Shown here: positions 44,151 to 62,601 of the stretch, piece by piece
Numbering within the stretch: position 1 is the stretch's first letter
Layout: every line of letters starts with the position of its first letter
Assembly: GCF_009914755.1 (NCBI RefSeq)
Contig: NC_060930.1
Reading direction: 5' to 3' (one strand)
DNA: 64,000 nucleotides
Origin: the human T2T-CHM13v2.0 reference genome, Homo sapiens
Notes under the pieces: model-generated
Databases searched by the model: none
The model's input: the letters and a program-made list of their open reading frames with translations, nothing else
Told to the model about the DNA's origin: nothing
Made by a program: the position numbers and the translations under genes

Positions 44151-46140
44151 GTAGGTCATATTCTTCTCTCTGCATCTGCAGTAATGAGGCCTTAGACAGA
44201 TCTCTCGGTTTTATTTAATGTTCTTGCAGTGATGCTGTGTATTACTTGTCAGGCCTCACACCAGACATCTTATCTTCAAGATGAATTAAGTTAAAACCTT
44301 GACTTATCTGGTTTAGACTCTTGGGAAATTCTAGTTCTTCTGTCTGCTAAGCTGCATTTTTATTTTTCCTAGTCATAAAGGAAGCTGGAAAGCTTCCCCC
44401 ACACCTCAGTTTGTTTTACTATCTCAATTGAGGACTACATCTTTAAAAATAAAATTTTTGAGCAATGCATGGAAGCTTATTAATGAAGCTGAAAATTAAT
44501 GACAGCATATTTCATTTTGGGAAATTGTTTTCTGAGCAGATGATAATGTAGTACACACTGGCTGAATGTTCTGATAGGCATCAGTTATTGCTGTGTTTAA
44601 TCTACACTTCTGATGGCAGATCAAAGAGTTTGTCAAAATACTTTGTCTTATGAACAATGGAAATGCTCAGATTGTAAAACCAAATGTTAAACAGTACATT
44701 TTTTAGTAAGTCTACCTTTAAAAAATTAATATTGTGACATAGCAAAGACTATTTTCTATAGTGTGCTTTCAAGTTGACTGGAATTTTGAAGGAATAGGGG
44801 AAGAGCTGCTGCTTCCTTAGCTTAAGAAGAACATTATATATTTTAGAGTTAGAACATCTAAATCATCATACATCTTTAAATTGTTATTTTTATTTAAAGA
44901 AAATTGTTACTCTAGACAACTTTATGGCTGCTTCTGTGTCCAAAGTTCAGATAACAAATCTTACATAGTTTTTTAGTACTTTGAGCAAAGCAGTGTTCAA
45001 GGTGCCATAGAGTATGCAAGGAAGAATCAGATATAAATCCTGCTCCCGCAAAACCAGTGTCTGAAAATAAAAACATAAACCAAGTGTCATGAGAGGTACA
45101 CATAGACTGTCTTGGGTCTTCTGATGAGGGAAAGACTATAACCAGCTGAAGAGGTCAAGGAACCCTTTATGGAAGAGATGCCCTTTGAATTAGGCCTTGC
45201 ATGAAGGTTGGGAATTAGGGAGAGAGAATGCACAAATGAAAGACTATAGGAGTGTTAAGATTTCAAGCTTAGGATAATGGTGGCACCAATACATAAATAC
45301 TAATAGGTAACTTAAAGGAAGTATAGTTGGTTTCGGTTTGAGTGACTTAATTTTAGTGGTTATAAACTGCTGCTAACATATTTGATAAGGAATCTAGAAA
45401 TAAAGAATTACTGGCTTTTTTTTTAAGCAGTCATAAAGGATCCCCTTTTTGAAAACAATACAAGTTCTTAACGTATCTATGTTAACATATTATGTCTGCA
45501 TTTAAATGGTATTAATGTGGATTTAGGGCATTAGATAATTTAAGACTAGAAATCTGATGGTCTTTTCAGTTAGAATTGTAGCATAGGTAGAAAGCCATTC
45601 TCTTTTTTGGAGTCCTAGGATGTGACATGCCATGGTGCATAGGTAGGAAGTCAGTGGTAGAACCAAAAATTGAAGCCATGCTTTCTGACTCCTAAGATTT
45701 TTTTTTTTTCCCCTGAACTCCACTCTACTTTAGAGCTTATTATAATGAGTTTGCTGGAGAGAGAGAAGAGGTAGGGAGTCAAAAGCTGTTTTATGAAAAT
45801 GTAATCTTGGCTAATCCTTCTCTTTGTCAAGCATTAAAAGGAGGTGGGATCAATGAAGACTGAACAGAAATGGGGAGAGAGGGAGAAAATACATTAAGGT
45901 AGTGAAGTATCACAAAAGTCAAGGAAAAAATTTTGAGAAGAGAATAAGTTCCACAGAGTCCCTTGTAGCAGAGATTTCTTTTCATGGAGGAACTAAGAAA
46001 AGGTGGTTGGATATGCTGAGAGGATTATTTGACTTTGACTTTGGTGAGGTGTCAGTAAAATGGTGGAAACCAAAAGCAAGATTATACTTGCTTAAAAAAT
46101 TAATGAAAGACAGTAAATAACCTTTTCAAAAAATGTGTCA

Positions 46141-46436
46141 GGCCAGGTGCAGTGGCTTGTACCTGTAATGCTAGCACTTAGTAGGGAGGCTGAGGCAGGC
46201 AGACTGCTGAGCCCAGGCATTCAAGACCAGCCTGAGCAACATGGCAAAAACCTGTCTCTACAAAAAATTAGCAGGTGTGGTGGCATTCAACTGTAGCCTT
46301 AGCTACTCAGGAGGCAGAGGTGGAAGAATCACCTGAGCCCAAGAAGTTGAGCCTCCAGGGAGCCGTGATCATGCCACTGCACTCCAGCATTGGCAATGGA
46401 TTGAGACCCTGTCTCAAGAAAAAAAAAAAAAAAAAG
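46141..46436 (+). mobile_element. AluJ
   Basis: Full dimer with poly-A. Confidence 0.9.
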
Positions 46437-47762
46437 TGCCAGTAAAGGGGATGCTAGAGTGGTATTAGCTTAAGCATCATAGGATTGTTCATTTCTGGGT
46501 TTAAGACCTGAGCCTATCTGTAGAAAGAGGAGGAGAAGAAAGAACTGTCAGAGAGGGTGGGCTTGATGAAGATATAAAAGAAAGAAAATAACTCTCTAAC
46601 CAAGTAGAATTAAGTTCTCTTTCCTTTATACCATGACTGGATTGCACATGCCTTTGCTCTTAACATTTGTTACACTTGATTGTAATTATTTGTTTACCTG
46701 TTCATCTTTCCCAATAGTTTGTGAGTTTCCTGAAAGGAGGACTGGATTTTTACTTAACTTTCTATCTCATGGTAATCTAATGAGTTACACTTGTTAGGTG
46801 CTTTAAAAATGTTGGAAGAGTGAATGGGCATATTTAGGTATGAGGTGGATCCTAGAGTATGCATGGTGGTATGCAGAGAGAGGCAAATAGGAACTCAAAG
46901 ACACAAGTGAAAAAGTAACTTATTGGAGGAAGGACGATATGCACTTGAACCAAAGAATGGTGACAGAGAAAGGCATACCCCTCAGCAATGTGGGAACATA
47001 GAGGAAATAGTTAAGACACAGCAAAGGGAAGTTGATGGAGTATATCAACTGGTCTTACTCTTCCTTGTAAGTAAAGTAAGGTCATCAGCTGGAGAGTAAA
47101 GGGGTTATGAATGATATTCTGGTTATAGAAAAGGTTAGAAACTACCACCAACAAATGTGATAGGGAATCTAGAAGAAATTAGAAGCGTTTTTTAGCAGTC
47201 ATAAAGAATCACCTTTAAAAAAATAATCTTAATATACTAACATTATCTCAAGAAAATTAATGTTTATAGTTAATAGTAATGACCATGTTTGTATACTCTT
47301 TGCTTTTGACTCCACTGTATTTCTCCATTTGCCCTTGATCCATAAGTATACTCCTTACTTAGCTGAAGCTGGTTAGTAATTTTCACATTACCCTTTAGAC
47401 CTGCATTGTAACCTTTTATCTGAGATGAACACAGATGTATAGTGCATGCCAGCAAGCTGTAAATAATATCTTGCTTTTATTTGATGTCTTTATTGAGTAG
47501 ATCTCACTAGAGTGAAGCAGCTGGTGGACTGTATTCTAAAGGGCAGAGAGTTAATGAATGAAAATTCCATGTAAAACATTTTGATAAGGTTGAATTTTGT
47601 AGGTTGGCCTAAGTGCAGATTAGATCTTGAAAACTCCAAGCGTACATTAAAATATTGAATGAGAGTTAAGAAAAACATCATTAAAATGTACGTAAGGTAG
47701 AACTCCATGTGGTTATTTTTATCTCAGAGAAAACTACTTGAAAAAGATACCTTCAACTATAG

Positions 47763-48088
<326 letters not shown>

Positions 48089-48219
48089 TAATCAAAATGT
48101 TGGTGATCAGAAAAGAGATCATTGTGACTCAGCTGGTGTTGCTGATTTTTTTTATAAAGCATACTTACAGGATCACATTTCATTTTCCTTTTTAATTAAC
48201 CTTAATAGTGTTACAAAAT

Positions 48220-51170
48220 CACTGAAAATTAATGAGCTTGGTATCCAGCTTAAGAAACAGCAACTAAACAACAGAATATGGCCAAAGAAAATGGATACCC
48301 CTGCATTTATTCTCCTTTCCTCCCCGAAAAGAGAAATACACAGCAGTCAATTCACCAACACGATATAAAAATTGTAAATATTTATGCCCCAAAAACATAG
48401 CTTCAAAATACATGAATTAATAATAGAGAACTGAAAAGACAACGAGACAAATCCACAGTTATGTTTGGAGACTTCAGCACTCCTCTTAATAATTAACAGA
48501 AGAAGCAGGCAGAAAGTCAGGAGGATATAGAAGCCTTGAACAATACTGTCAACCAACTTTACCTAATTAACATCTGTAGAACATGTTACCCAACAACAGG
48601 AGACATGAAATAGTAAACCAGGTAGATCATAGTCTAGGTCTTTAAAATCCATTACAAATGTAAATAATTTGAAATCCTATAAAGTAGGATTTAAAGCAGA
48701 GCAATAAAGCAAGAAAAACAAAAGATTAGAAAAGAAGAAAGAAAACCTTTTTCTATTCTCAAAGTGATTATCAATGTAAAAAATCTCAAAGAACCTAGCA
48801 AGATGCTACTGTAACTAGTAGGTGGAAGGATACTAACTCAATATACAAAAATCAATTCTATTTCTTACAGTGAACAATTGGAAATTAAACATTTCAAAAA
48901 GTATTAGTTTGCTGCAAACATAATTGTGGCTTTTACTGCAAATACTTTTGTAGCAACCTAATACCATATACAGCAGTACCAGAAATCCAAAATATACATA
49001 AGATCTTTATATGAAAGACTGATGAAAATGAAAAACAAAGTGGAGACACATTTTCCTGATTTCAAAACTTACTGAAAACTATTGTAATTAAGATGGTGTG
49101 GTATTAGGGAAATGATGAAGACAGATTAATTGGACAGAATAGAGTTCAGAAATAGACCCACATATATATGGGCAACTGATTTTTAAACAAAGGTGCCAGG
49201 GCAATTTAATAAGGAAATGGTAATGTAGAGTTCCAGAACAACTCCAGAGTTCTAGAACAAGTAGATCTAGAACAATTGGATATCCAAATGCAAAAATCCC
49301 AGACATATACCTCCAAGCTTATATAAAAATTATTTTAAAATGGATTATAGAACTAAGTAACTGTAAAATGTGAAACTTACAAAAGAAAACAGAATATCTG
49401 CACGACCTTGGGTTTGGTGTGTTCCCTGAAAGAAAACAGTGATAAATTAGACTTTACCAAAATTAAAAATTTTGCTCTGTAAAAGACAGCTTTAAGAGAA
49501 CAAGATAAGCCACAGACTGGAAGAAAATATTTGCAAATCATAAATTTCATAAAAGATGTGAATCCAAAAGATATAAAGAACTCTCAAAACTCAGTAATTA
49601 GAAAACAGTTTTTTAAACGGGCAAAACATTTGAGTAGACAGTTCACCAAAGAAAAAGTGTGAATGGTAAATATAAGCACATGAAAAAATATAGCTCATTA
49701 GTGAAATGAAATTTAAAACTACAATGAATACCATGATATGCCAAATAGAATTGGTCTAATTTAAAAAAATCTAGCAATACTAAGTGCTAGTGAGGATGCA
49801 GAGTGACTGAAGGTCTCATACAATAGTGGAGGAAATGCAAGTCATAGAGTCACTTTGAAAAGGAGTGTGAATGGCAATCATTAAAAAGTCAGGAAACAAC
49901 AGGTGCTGGAGAGGATGTGGAGAAATAGGAACACTTTTACACTGTTGGTGGGACTGTAAACTAGTTCAACCATTGTGGAAGTCAGTGTGGCGATTCCTCA
50001 GGGATCTAGAACTAGAAATACCATTTGACCCAGCCATCCCATTACTGGGTATATACCCAAATGACTATAAATCATGCTGCTATAAAGACACATGCACACG
50101 TATGTTTATTGCGGCATTATTCACAATAGCAAAGACTTGGAACCAACCCAAATGTCCAACAATGATAGACTGGATTAAGAAAATGTGGCACATATACACC
50201 ATGGAATACTATGCAGCCATAAAAAATGATGAGTTCATGTCCTTTGTAGGGACATGGATGAAATTGGAAACCATCATTCTCAGTAAACTATCGCAAGAAC
50301 AAAAAACCAAACACCGCATATTCTCACTCATAGGTGGGAATTGAACAATGAGATCACATGGACACAGGAAGGGGAACATCACACTCTGGGGACTGTGGTG
50401 GGGAGGGGGGAGGGGGGAGGGATAGCATTGGGAGATATACCTAATGCTAGATGATGAGTTAGTGGGTGCAGCACACCAGCATGGCACATGTATACATATG
50501 TAACTAACCTGCACAATGTGCACATGTACCCTAAAACTTAAAGTATAATTTAAAAAAAAAAAAAAAAAGGAGTGTGGCAATTTCTTATAAAGTGAAGCTT
50601 ACACATGCTATGTGACACAGTGATACCTGTAACTAGTATTTATAGAATTGAAATAAAAGCATAAGTCCACATAAAAATCTGTTCCTAAGTGTTTATAGTG
50701 TAGGCATTATTCATAATTGCCAAAAACTAGAAACAACCCAGATGTTCTTCAGTGTGTGATTGGATAAACAAATTGTGGTATAGTCATACAATGGAATATT
50801 ACCTGACAATAGAAAGGAATAAATTACTGGTATACCCATTAAAATGTAAGGTTCTCAAATACATTATACCAAGTGAAAGAAGTCAGACTCAAAAGCACTA
50901 TAGTGTATAATTCTATTTGTATGATAAATCTGTAGGTACAGAGTGATTGCTGGGAGCAGGAGAGGTGTTATAAAGGACAAGGGAAATATTTTTGGGTAAT
51001 GGGAATGATCTGTGTTGATTGCAGGGTAATATGAAAACTGAATTTGTCAAATGTTGCAGAACTATGATAAAAGGAAATATATTTTATTTAAAAACTTTTA
51101 CTTTTTTAGAAAAAACTTAGTCCCTGAGTAAAAAGGGGATATATTTTACTGTGTGGAAATTATACCTTAA
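48220..51170 (+). mobile_element. Old L1 (L1MD/L1ME-like) ORF2-3'UTR fragments, split by L1PA2
   Basis: ggagacttcagcactcctct, gaagaaaatatttgcaaatcata, tggataaacaaattgtggtata. Confidence 0.75.
49870..50564 (+). mobile_element. 5'-truncated young L1 (L1PA2-like, non-Ta), ~700 bp
   Basis: Open ORF2 C-terminus (49871..50344, CCHC motif [18 protein letters not shown], ends SLIGGN). GAG rather than ACA at the Ta site. Poly-A. TSD aaaaggagtgtg (49858-49869 / 50565-50576). Confidence 0.95.
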
Positions 51171-51171
51171 T

Positions 51172-51486
51172 TTTTTTCTTTTTTTTCTTTTTGCTTTTTT
51201 TTTTTTTTTTTTAAATAGACAGGGTCTTGCTCTGTCACACAGGCTGGAGTGCAGTAGTGTGATCATATCTCATTGCAACCTCGAACTCCTGGGCCTAAGT
51301 GATCCTCTTGCCTCAGTCTCCTAAGTAGCTGGGGTTACAGGTGCACATCACCATGCCCAGCTAATTTTTTACTTTTTTGTAGAGATAGAGGTCTTGCTGT
51401 GTTGCCTAGGCTGGTCTTGAACTCATGGCTCAAGGAGTCCTGTCACCTTGGCCTCCCAAAGTGCTGAGATTATAGACATGAACCAC
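51172..51486 (-). mobile_element. AluJ
   Basis: Full dimer with T-rich tail. Confidence 0.9.
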
Positions 51487-52236
51487 TTAATTTCTTTTTT
51501 TTAATGGGGGGAGAAAGAAAGGGTAGATGGTAAGTAGCATAATGAGCCAAAATATTTACTTTTCATAGTAAAAATGCAGTGGATTAAGTTTATATCAGGA
51601 ACTTAAAGTATAAACATATAACTTAGAGTGACATAGACAACATCCTATGTAACAAAAAAATGGAAATGGTTAAAGTAATTGCCTCTTGGGAACTAACCAA
51701 GTAGTGGGAAGAAATGTGATATGAGAACTGTTGATTTTAATAATAAGCCATAATGTACTTCAGTTTTTTTCCTCACATACATTACTTTGATTAAAAGTTA
51801 GAAAGAAAGTATAATGTTATTAATGAAGTTTAAGTTAAATGGTCGTGTGCCTAATGGATAGATGGTAATAGCAGTAGTACTAGATGACTGCAAGGTCTTT
51901 GGGTATGAAATTCTAACCCTTATCCCTCTGAGCTCCCAGTACCTAGCATAGTATCTGATCCATGTTAGGAACTGTGAAGGATCTGAGATTTTACCCTACT
52001 TGCAAGCTAAGAACTTAGCTGCCACACTTTTATGGATTCTGGCAGAAGACATGACAATTCCAGCAATAGCAGTATGCCAGCCTTTTCTTGCATTCGTTCC
52101 TTGAGCCCTACTTCCCACAGAGCAACATGAGGGCCAGGTACTACCTGCACATGCAGTGGCTTGTGTTGGAGGAGGGAAACGCTGAATTTAGGGAATCTGA
52201 ACCTTTTATTATGGACAGTAAGTATGTCTACTCTTT

Positions 52237-52860
<624 letters not shown>

Positions 52861-53068
52861 TGTTACATGAACATCTTTGAAAAAATGGTCTGAAGTAAAA
52901 GCCGTTGTTGCCTCTATTTGCAAAATGTTCAGAAATTTAAGACTATTGGAAAATTATTTCTCAGGAATACATAGCTGATGACCAGTGAATAATATATAGA
53001 TATACAATCTATATTGGTCATTTCTTATTGGCACCTCAGCTTTTTCTCCTTAAAATATTGGTGTACGT

Positions 53069-53487
<419 letters not shown>

Positions 53488-53695
53488 TTAAAAAATCCTT
53501 TCAATATTTTGTTAGTTTGGGTATCTTATCTATCTATCAATAGTTTCTGCCTTAGTTAGATGTCTGAAGTTTCTAATTATTCTAAAAACACTTTTGTTTT
53601 TGTTTTTTAGCTTTTATTTTCCACTTCAGCTTTTCCTTTAAAAACCTGCAATTTTATGATAGAAATATTTATATTTTGAGATACAGAAATTTTAG

Positions 53696-53980
53696 AGCTG
53701 GGTGCGGTGGCTCATGCCTGAATCCCAGCATTTTGGGAAGCCAAGACCTATGGGTTGCTTGAGCCCACGAGTTCGAGACCAGCCTGGGTAACTTGGCAAA
53801 ACCCAGTCTCTACAAAAAAATACAAAAATTAGCCAGGCGTGGACGCATGCACCTGTAGTGTCAGCTATGCAGGAGGCTGAGGTGGGAGGATTGCTGGATT
53901 GCTTGAGGCCATGGGGACTGAGTGAGCCATGATCATGCCGCTGCACTCCAGCCTGGGCCACAGAGTGAGACCCTGTCTCC

Positions 53981-54008
<28 letters not shown>
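53696..54008 (+). mobile_element. AluJ
   Basis: Dimer with long poly-A. Confidence 0.88.
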
Positions 54009-54012
<4 letters not shown>

Positions 54013-54181
54013 GAATATGTGTTCAAAATATTGACAGTAAAATCTCTCATTGGCCTGAAATGGTTTGTTTCTCAGAAGAAGTTTTTTCTATTGTGGAAAG
54101 ATGCACATGAAATTTTCAAGTTGTACTTTGTTTCATGGGCTTATAATGGTGTGCTATGTCCTATTTTAATAGAAAAATTGG

Positions 54182-54465
54182 GGCTGGCCACAGTGGCTCA
54201 TGCCTGTAATCCCAGCACTTTGGAAGGCCGAGGTGAGAGGATTGCTTGAAGCCAGGAGTTGGAGACCACCCTGGGCAACATAGGTAGACCCTGCCTTTAA
54301 AATAGTAATAAAAATAACAGTTGTGGTGGTGCACACCTGTAGTTCTAGCTGTTTGGGAGGCTGAAGCAGGAAGCTCGCTTGAGCCTAGTAATTGTTACAG
54401 TGAGCTATAATTGTGCCACTGTACTCCATCCTGGAAGACACAGCAAGACTCCATCTCTCCAAAAA
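54182..54465 (+). mobile_element. AluJ
   Basis: Diverged dimer. Confidence 0.85.
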
Positions 54466-54794
54466 TTAACAAACAATAAATATATAAAGTTTATAGGAAA
54501 ATTGTCTTTTTGTTATACTGAATCACTTGTGGCATATCTTTAATTCTCACAGAGCTTAATAAATAAACAATAATTGCTGCCTACAGACTAATCTAAAAGT
54601 GGTAGTTCATTGTAATATATGCCACAATGAAGGTAACATCTTTTATTGTAATCTCTGAATGCTATTACTCCTTAATAGTTTTTCTTTCTTATTATGTAGT
54701 AATCAGGGGTGTGCTTGATCTGTCTCTGGAAATAGAACAATTTGAATCCACGGTAGTTTGTTTTATTTTTGGCCTGCTTATGCAAAGCATTGTG

Positions 54795-54950
54795 ATGGAG
54801 GCTTTACACAAATAAACTGTATCTCATTTGATTCCCACCACTACATTATCCCTATTTTATAGATGAGAAAGCTGAGGTTTGGAGAAGGCAAGAAACTGCT
54901 CAGAACCATAGAACTAATATATGATAAGGCCAGAATTCGCACCTATGCCT
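54795..54950 (-). mobile_element. MIR
   Basis: cctattttatagatgagaaagctgaggtt core. Confidence 0.7.
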
Positions 54951-55209
54951 GACAGTGAAGCTGAAGTTTCTTACAATACATTGTTCTGATTCTCTGTAGT
55001 ATTTTTCTATTTTAAATCCAGTTGAAATTCTTTTTGGTTTCTTCTTTCATGGAAAGCCATCACTGTGAAGTGAATGGTAATTCTTATGTACCTAAACTTA
55101 AGAAAATGTATAATGCATTGTTGAAACACTGACAAATGTGAAACAAAGATGAGAATAATTCAGAAAATGTAAATTATATATGGTAACAGATTTTCAAAAG
55201 ATCTGATTG

Positions 55210-56888
55210 CTTTTTTTATTGAGGTGAAAGTCACATAACATACAAATAACTATTTTAAAATGTACAATTCAGTGCATTTAGTACATTCACAATATTTTAC
55301 AACTACTATTTCTATCAAGTTCCAAAACTTTTCATCACCCCCAAAGAAAACCTTACACCTATTAAACAATCACCTCCTGCCGCCCCTAGAAACCAATAAT
55401 CTGCTTTCTATCTCTATGGATTTACCTATTCTGAATATTTCATAAAATAGCATCATACACTGTCTGGCTTACTTCATATAGCATGTTTACAAGGTTCATT
55501 TGTGTTTTGTTCTTTTGAATGGCCGAATGATACTCCATTGTATGTCTGTACCACATTTTGTTCATCCATTCGTCCTTTGATGGACACTAGGTTGTTTCCA
55601 CCAACTGGGTAACTTTAAAAATTTATCTCACGGTTTTGGAAGCCAGCAGTTAAGGTGTTGGCAGGTTAGTTCCTTCTGAGAGCTGTGAGGGAGAATCTGT
55701 TCCCACATTTTCCCCAGATTCTGGTGGTTTGTTGGCAATCTTTGACTTGTAGATGCATCACTCCAAACTCTATCTTTATTTGCACATGGCTTCCTCCCTG
55801 TATGTCTTCTCACCATCTTTGCTCTGTGCATTCTTTGTCTAGTTTCCTCTTTTTAGGAGGACACCAGTAATATTGGATTAGGGCTTACCTTAATGACCTC
55901 ATTTTGATTACCTCTGTAAATACCCTATTTCCAAATAAGATCACATTTTTCGGTAGTGGGAGTTAGGACTTCAACATATCTTTATTTGAGGGACACAATT
56001 CATTTCATAACACCATCCTTTTAAGTATGCAGTGATATCTCATTGTGGTTTTGATTTGCATTTTTCTAATGAATAATGATGTTGAGCATCTTTTTATATG
56101 CTTTTTGGCCATTTGTACATCTTCTTTGAAGAAATGTCTATCCAATTCCTTTGTCTATTTTTGAATTGGGTCGTCTTTTTGTTGAGTTTAAGAGTTCTTA
56201 ATATAGTTTGGATACAAGACTCTTATCAGATAGATATATGATTTGCAAATATGTTCTCCTATTCTGTAGGTTTTCTTGTCAACAACTTCTTAATGTCTAT
56301 TGGTGGACAAAAGATTTTAATTTTGATGAAGTTTGTTTTCTTTTGTTACTTGTGCTTTTAGTGTCATAATTATCTATAGTCAAATTCAAGGTTGTGAATA
56401 TTGACATCTATGGCTTTGTATAAAAGTATTATAGCTCTAGCTTTTATATTTAGGTGATTGATCCCTTTTGAGTTAATTTTTGTAGATGGTATGATGTAGG
56501 GGTTTATCTTCATTCTTTTGCTTGTGAATATCCAGTTTTCTAACACTATTTCTTGAAGAGACAATTTCCCCATTGATGGTCTTGCACCCTTGTCAAAACT
56601 CAATTGGACATAGATGTATGGGATAATTTCTGGAATCTCAATTTCTACTGTATTGGTCTATATGTCTGTCCGTATGCCAGCCAGTACCACACTGTTTTGA
56701 TTTCTGTACCTTGTATTGAGTTTTGAAATCAGGAAGCATGGAATCTTCCAATTTTGTTCTTTTTCAATATTATTTTGGCTATCTGGAGCTCCTTGCAATT
56801 CCATATGAATTTGAGGATCAACTTTTTTATTTCTGCAAAAACAGCCATTAGAACTTTAATACAGATTGCATTGAATCTGTAGATTGTG
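55210..56888 (-). mobile_element. L1MB-like 3' region, split by an MLT1 LTR
   Basis: tgtacaattcagtgcatttagtacattcac, ctcattgtggttttgatttgcatt. Confidence 0.8.
55603..56012 (-). mobile_element. MLT1 (B/C-like) MaLR LTR
   Basis: ccctatttccaaataagatcacatt...ggacacaattc. Confidence 0.8.
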
Positions 56889-56892
56889 TATA

Positions 56893-59534
<2,642 letters not shown>

Positions 59535-59654
59535 ATTACAGGCAGGAGCTGCCATGCCAGGCATTTTGCTCATTGCTTTCAATGATGTCATGTCTTTTTT
59601 GTCCCTCGGTTTCTCCATTAGTACCTTCTTTTGCATTAATTTTTTTTTTGGTAG

Positions 59655-60004
59655 TGTACTTAGTCAGTTTTGTGCTGCTATAACAGGATATACAGATCAG
59701 CTAATTTATAAATGAAAGAAATTTATTTCTCACAGTTATAGAGGCTGAGAAGTCCGAGGTTGAGGAGCCTATCTCTGATCTGATGAAGACTTTCTTGTTC
59801 AGTCTTCACATTGCAGAAGGACAAGAGAACAAGCTAGCCAAATGCCACCTGAAGCTGCTGCTGCTTTTTTTCTTTATAAGGGCCTTAGTTCTATTAATGA
59901 GGAATGAGCCCTGATGGCCTCATCATGTCTTAAAGGTTCCACCTCTTAATACTAGCAGATTTGCAGCACCTGAACTTTGGAGGGGACACATTCAGACCAC
60001 AGTA
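59655..60004 (-). mobile_element. MST/MLT1A-type MaLR LTR
   Basis: gctgctataacag...aaatttatttctcacagtt...ggaggggacacattcagacc. Confidence 0.78.
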
Positions 60005-60495
60005 CCATAGTACCATTTTTATTCCCATCACTTTTTTTTTGATGTATTTTTTTCTCATTATTTGCTTAGTGGTTATCCTGGGGACTGTAACCTTTTATAT
60101 GTATAACAATTTTTAATATCAACTTAGCATCTATTATATACAAAAACTCCACTTCTGTATAGCTCTGTCCCTCCCCCTTATATTGTTGTCACAAATTACA
60201 TCTTCATACATTGTGTGCCCATTAACTTATAATTACTGTTTTATGCATCTGTCTTTTAAATCATTTGAGAAAAAAGAAGAGTTACAAATCAAAAACACAA
60301 TAATACTGGATTTTTAATACCTATATAGTTACCTTAGCTCGTGTTCATTCTTTTTGAATGGCTTTGAGTTACTTTGTAGTGATCTTTTCTTTCTGCCTGA
60401 AGGATTTACTCTAGCATTTCTTGTTGGGCAGGTCTACTAACAACAGACTCCCTCAGCATTTGTTTATCTGGGAATGTCTTACTTTTTCCTTATGA

Positions 60496-60921
<426 letters not shown>

Positions 60922-62501
60922 GCTTTAAGTATCGAGCACTTGAGAATGTTGAGTATTCAAGTGATTAGGTTCTGTTTCTACAGTGTATTTTAATGTTTGC
61001 TTTGCTGTACAGTTGTGTTAGACCTATTACAACCAGTACTTACTTTTACATGTTGGCCCATAAGTAAGTATACATAAGGCTATTCATTTTTCAAGATTTT
61101 GATTGAAATGATACATTATTTACAAATGTATTTCTGCACTAATGTTTTTAAAACTCTCTTTTTATTTCTCATTTTAGTTTTTTTAATAGAGGAAGGAAAT
61201 GTGTTTTAGAATTTTCACTCAACTATTAATGATTTTTAAAACAAATCTAATTGGTGCTTCTAAGAAACTTAAGAGTGAATTAAAACCATGAAATATGAAA
61301 AAATGTATGCTCTTATTGCTTCTTGAGAGGTTGGTTAACCTCTGTTTTTCACAGTCAAAAATTCTCAAGAAGTTAGTGACTATATTAAATCTAAAACTGG
61401 CAAATGCCTTTTAATGAAGAAATCTTTCAAAAGGGACAGTTTAAAAGACTTAAAAGTAACTCTTTGTCAAGAAGATTTTATGACAAAGATAAATTTCAAT
61501 GACTCTTTACTTAATGTTCCTAAAAATATAAGCTACCTAAAAACTCCTATGATTTTCTTAGGTAAGGGGGACTTACCAGTGGATGCTAGTATTCAGTCTG
61601 TCTATTACTTTATGGAAAGTAACTGCTTTTAAGGGCAGCTTTTGTATCTATTTCATCTTCAGGAGTATCTCTTCTGATTTTTGAGAACAGTAGTTTGATT
61701 GCTGCACTTAGCTTTGCTTTTCTTAGTGTTGTAGTTGAAAATGTGTAACGTTCTTGGTAAAACTCAGAACTGCATTAAGGAAAAGATGGGAAGTTGAGCA
61801 TTAGAATTGGTGTCACCAGGCCATGGTTGTACTTTTGGCTTTAATACTTGATTTCTGTGTATATCCTTCCTTTCTTATAGGCTGAAGATAAATGGTTGCT
61901 TGAAGATTTAATGTTCAAGGTGGTTCAAAGAAAAATCACTTTGAAAATCAAGTAACATATGTCATTGTTAGCTAAGCCTATTAATTAAAACTTATATTCA
62001 TTAAAATTGCATTCAAATGGAAAACATCCTTTCTTAAAATTTAATACTGTTTATATAGTTACACATCTTTCTATATTTATTATGTATTCATTACATGAAA
62101 AATTACTGATACCTATGGAAGAATTTTATTCAGTCACATATGATACTGTCACTTAGGATATTTTTGTAAAGTCAAATCTAACTACCTATAGTCATAAAAC
62201 TGTTCTAACTTAGTTCTATTTCTTGATCAGTTTTATAGAGTATACTCCCAGAGGCATCCCGGCTTCTTTTGAAGAAGTAAGCTTAAGGTACCCAGAAAGT
62301 TAAGTAAATTTATTTCATAAAGCAAGTAGTTTAGATTTTTAGACTGGGTAGCTTTAAGTCATTTCATTCTTCTTGGTGGTGTTTACCATCAATTTGCAAT
62401 GTATTTCTTGTTAAAGTTTCTATCTCTGAATTTATATGATTATTTTTACTTCTTAATTCTTAAGTGACAGATTTTAACATTAGCTTCTGTTTTCAATAGA
62501 T

Positions 62502-62601
62502 ATGATACATCTTTTAATAAACAATCTAAAGTAATTATTAAATCAGTACATGATACATCTTTTAATAAGCATAACCTTCTAAAGTAATTATATAATCAGT
62601 A
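62502..62601. repeat. ~48-52-bp diverged tandem duplication
   Basis: atgatacatcttttaataa...ctaaagtaattat..aatcagta occurs twice. Confidence 0.85.

Noticed and set aside
49226-49278. Short tagaacaa-type reiterations in an old L1
   Set aside because: Imperfect and short; could be ordinary slippage.
49871-50344. 157-aa ORF with a CCHC motif
   Set aside because: It is the C-terminus of L1 ORF2 in a 5'-truncated copy, not a host gene.
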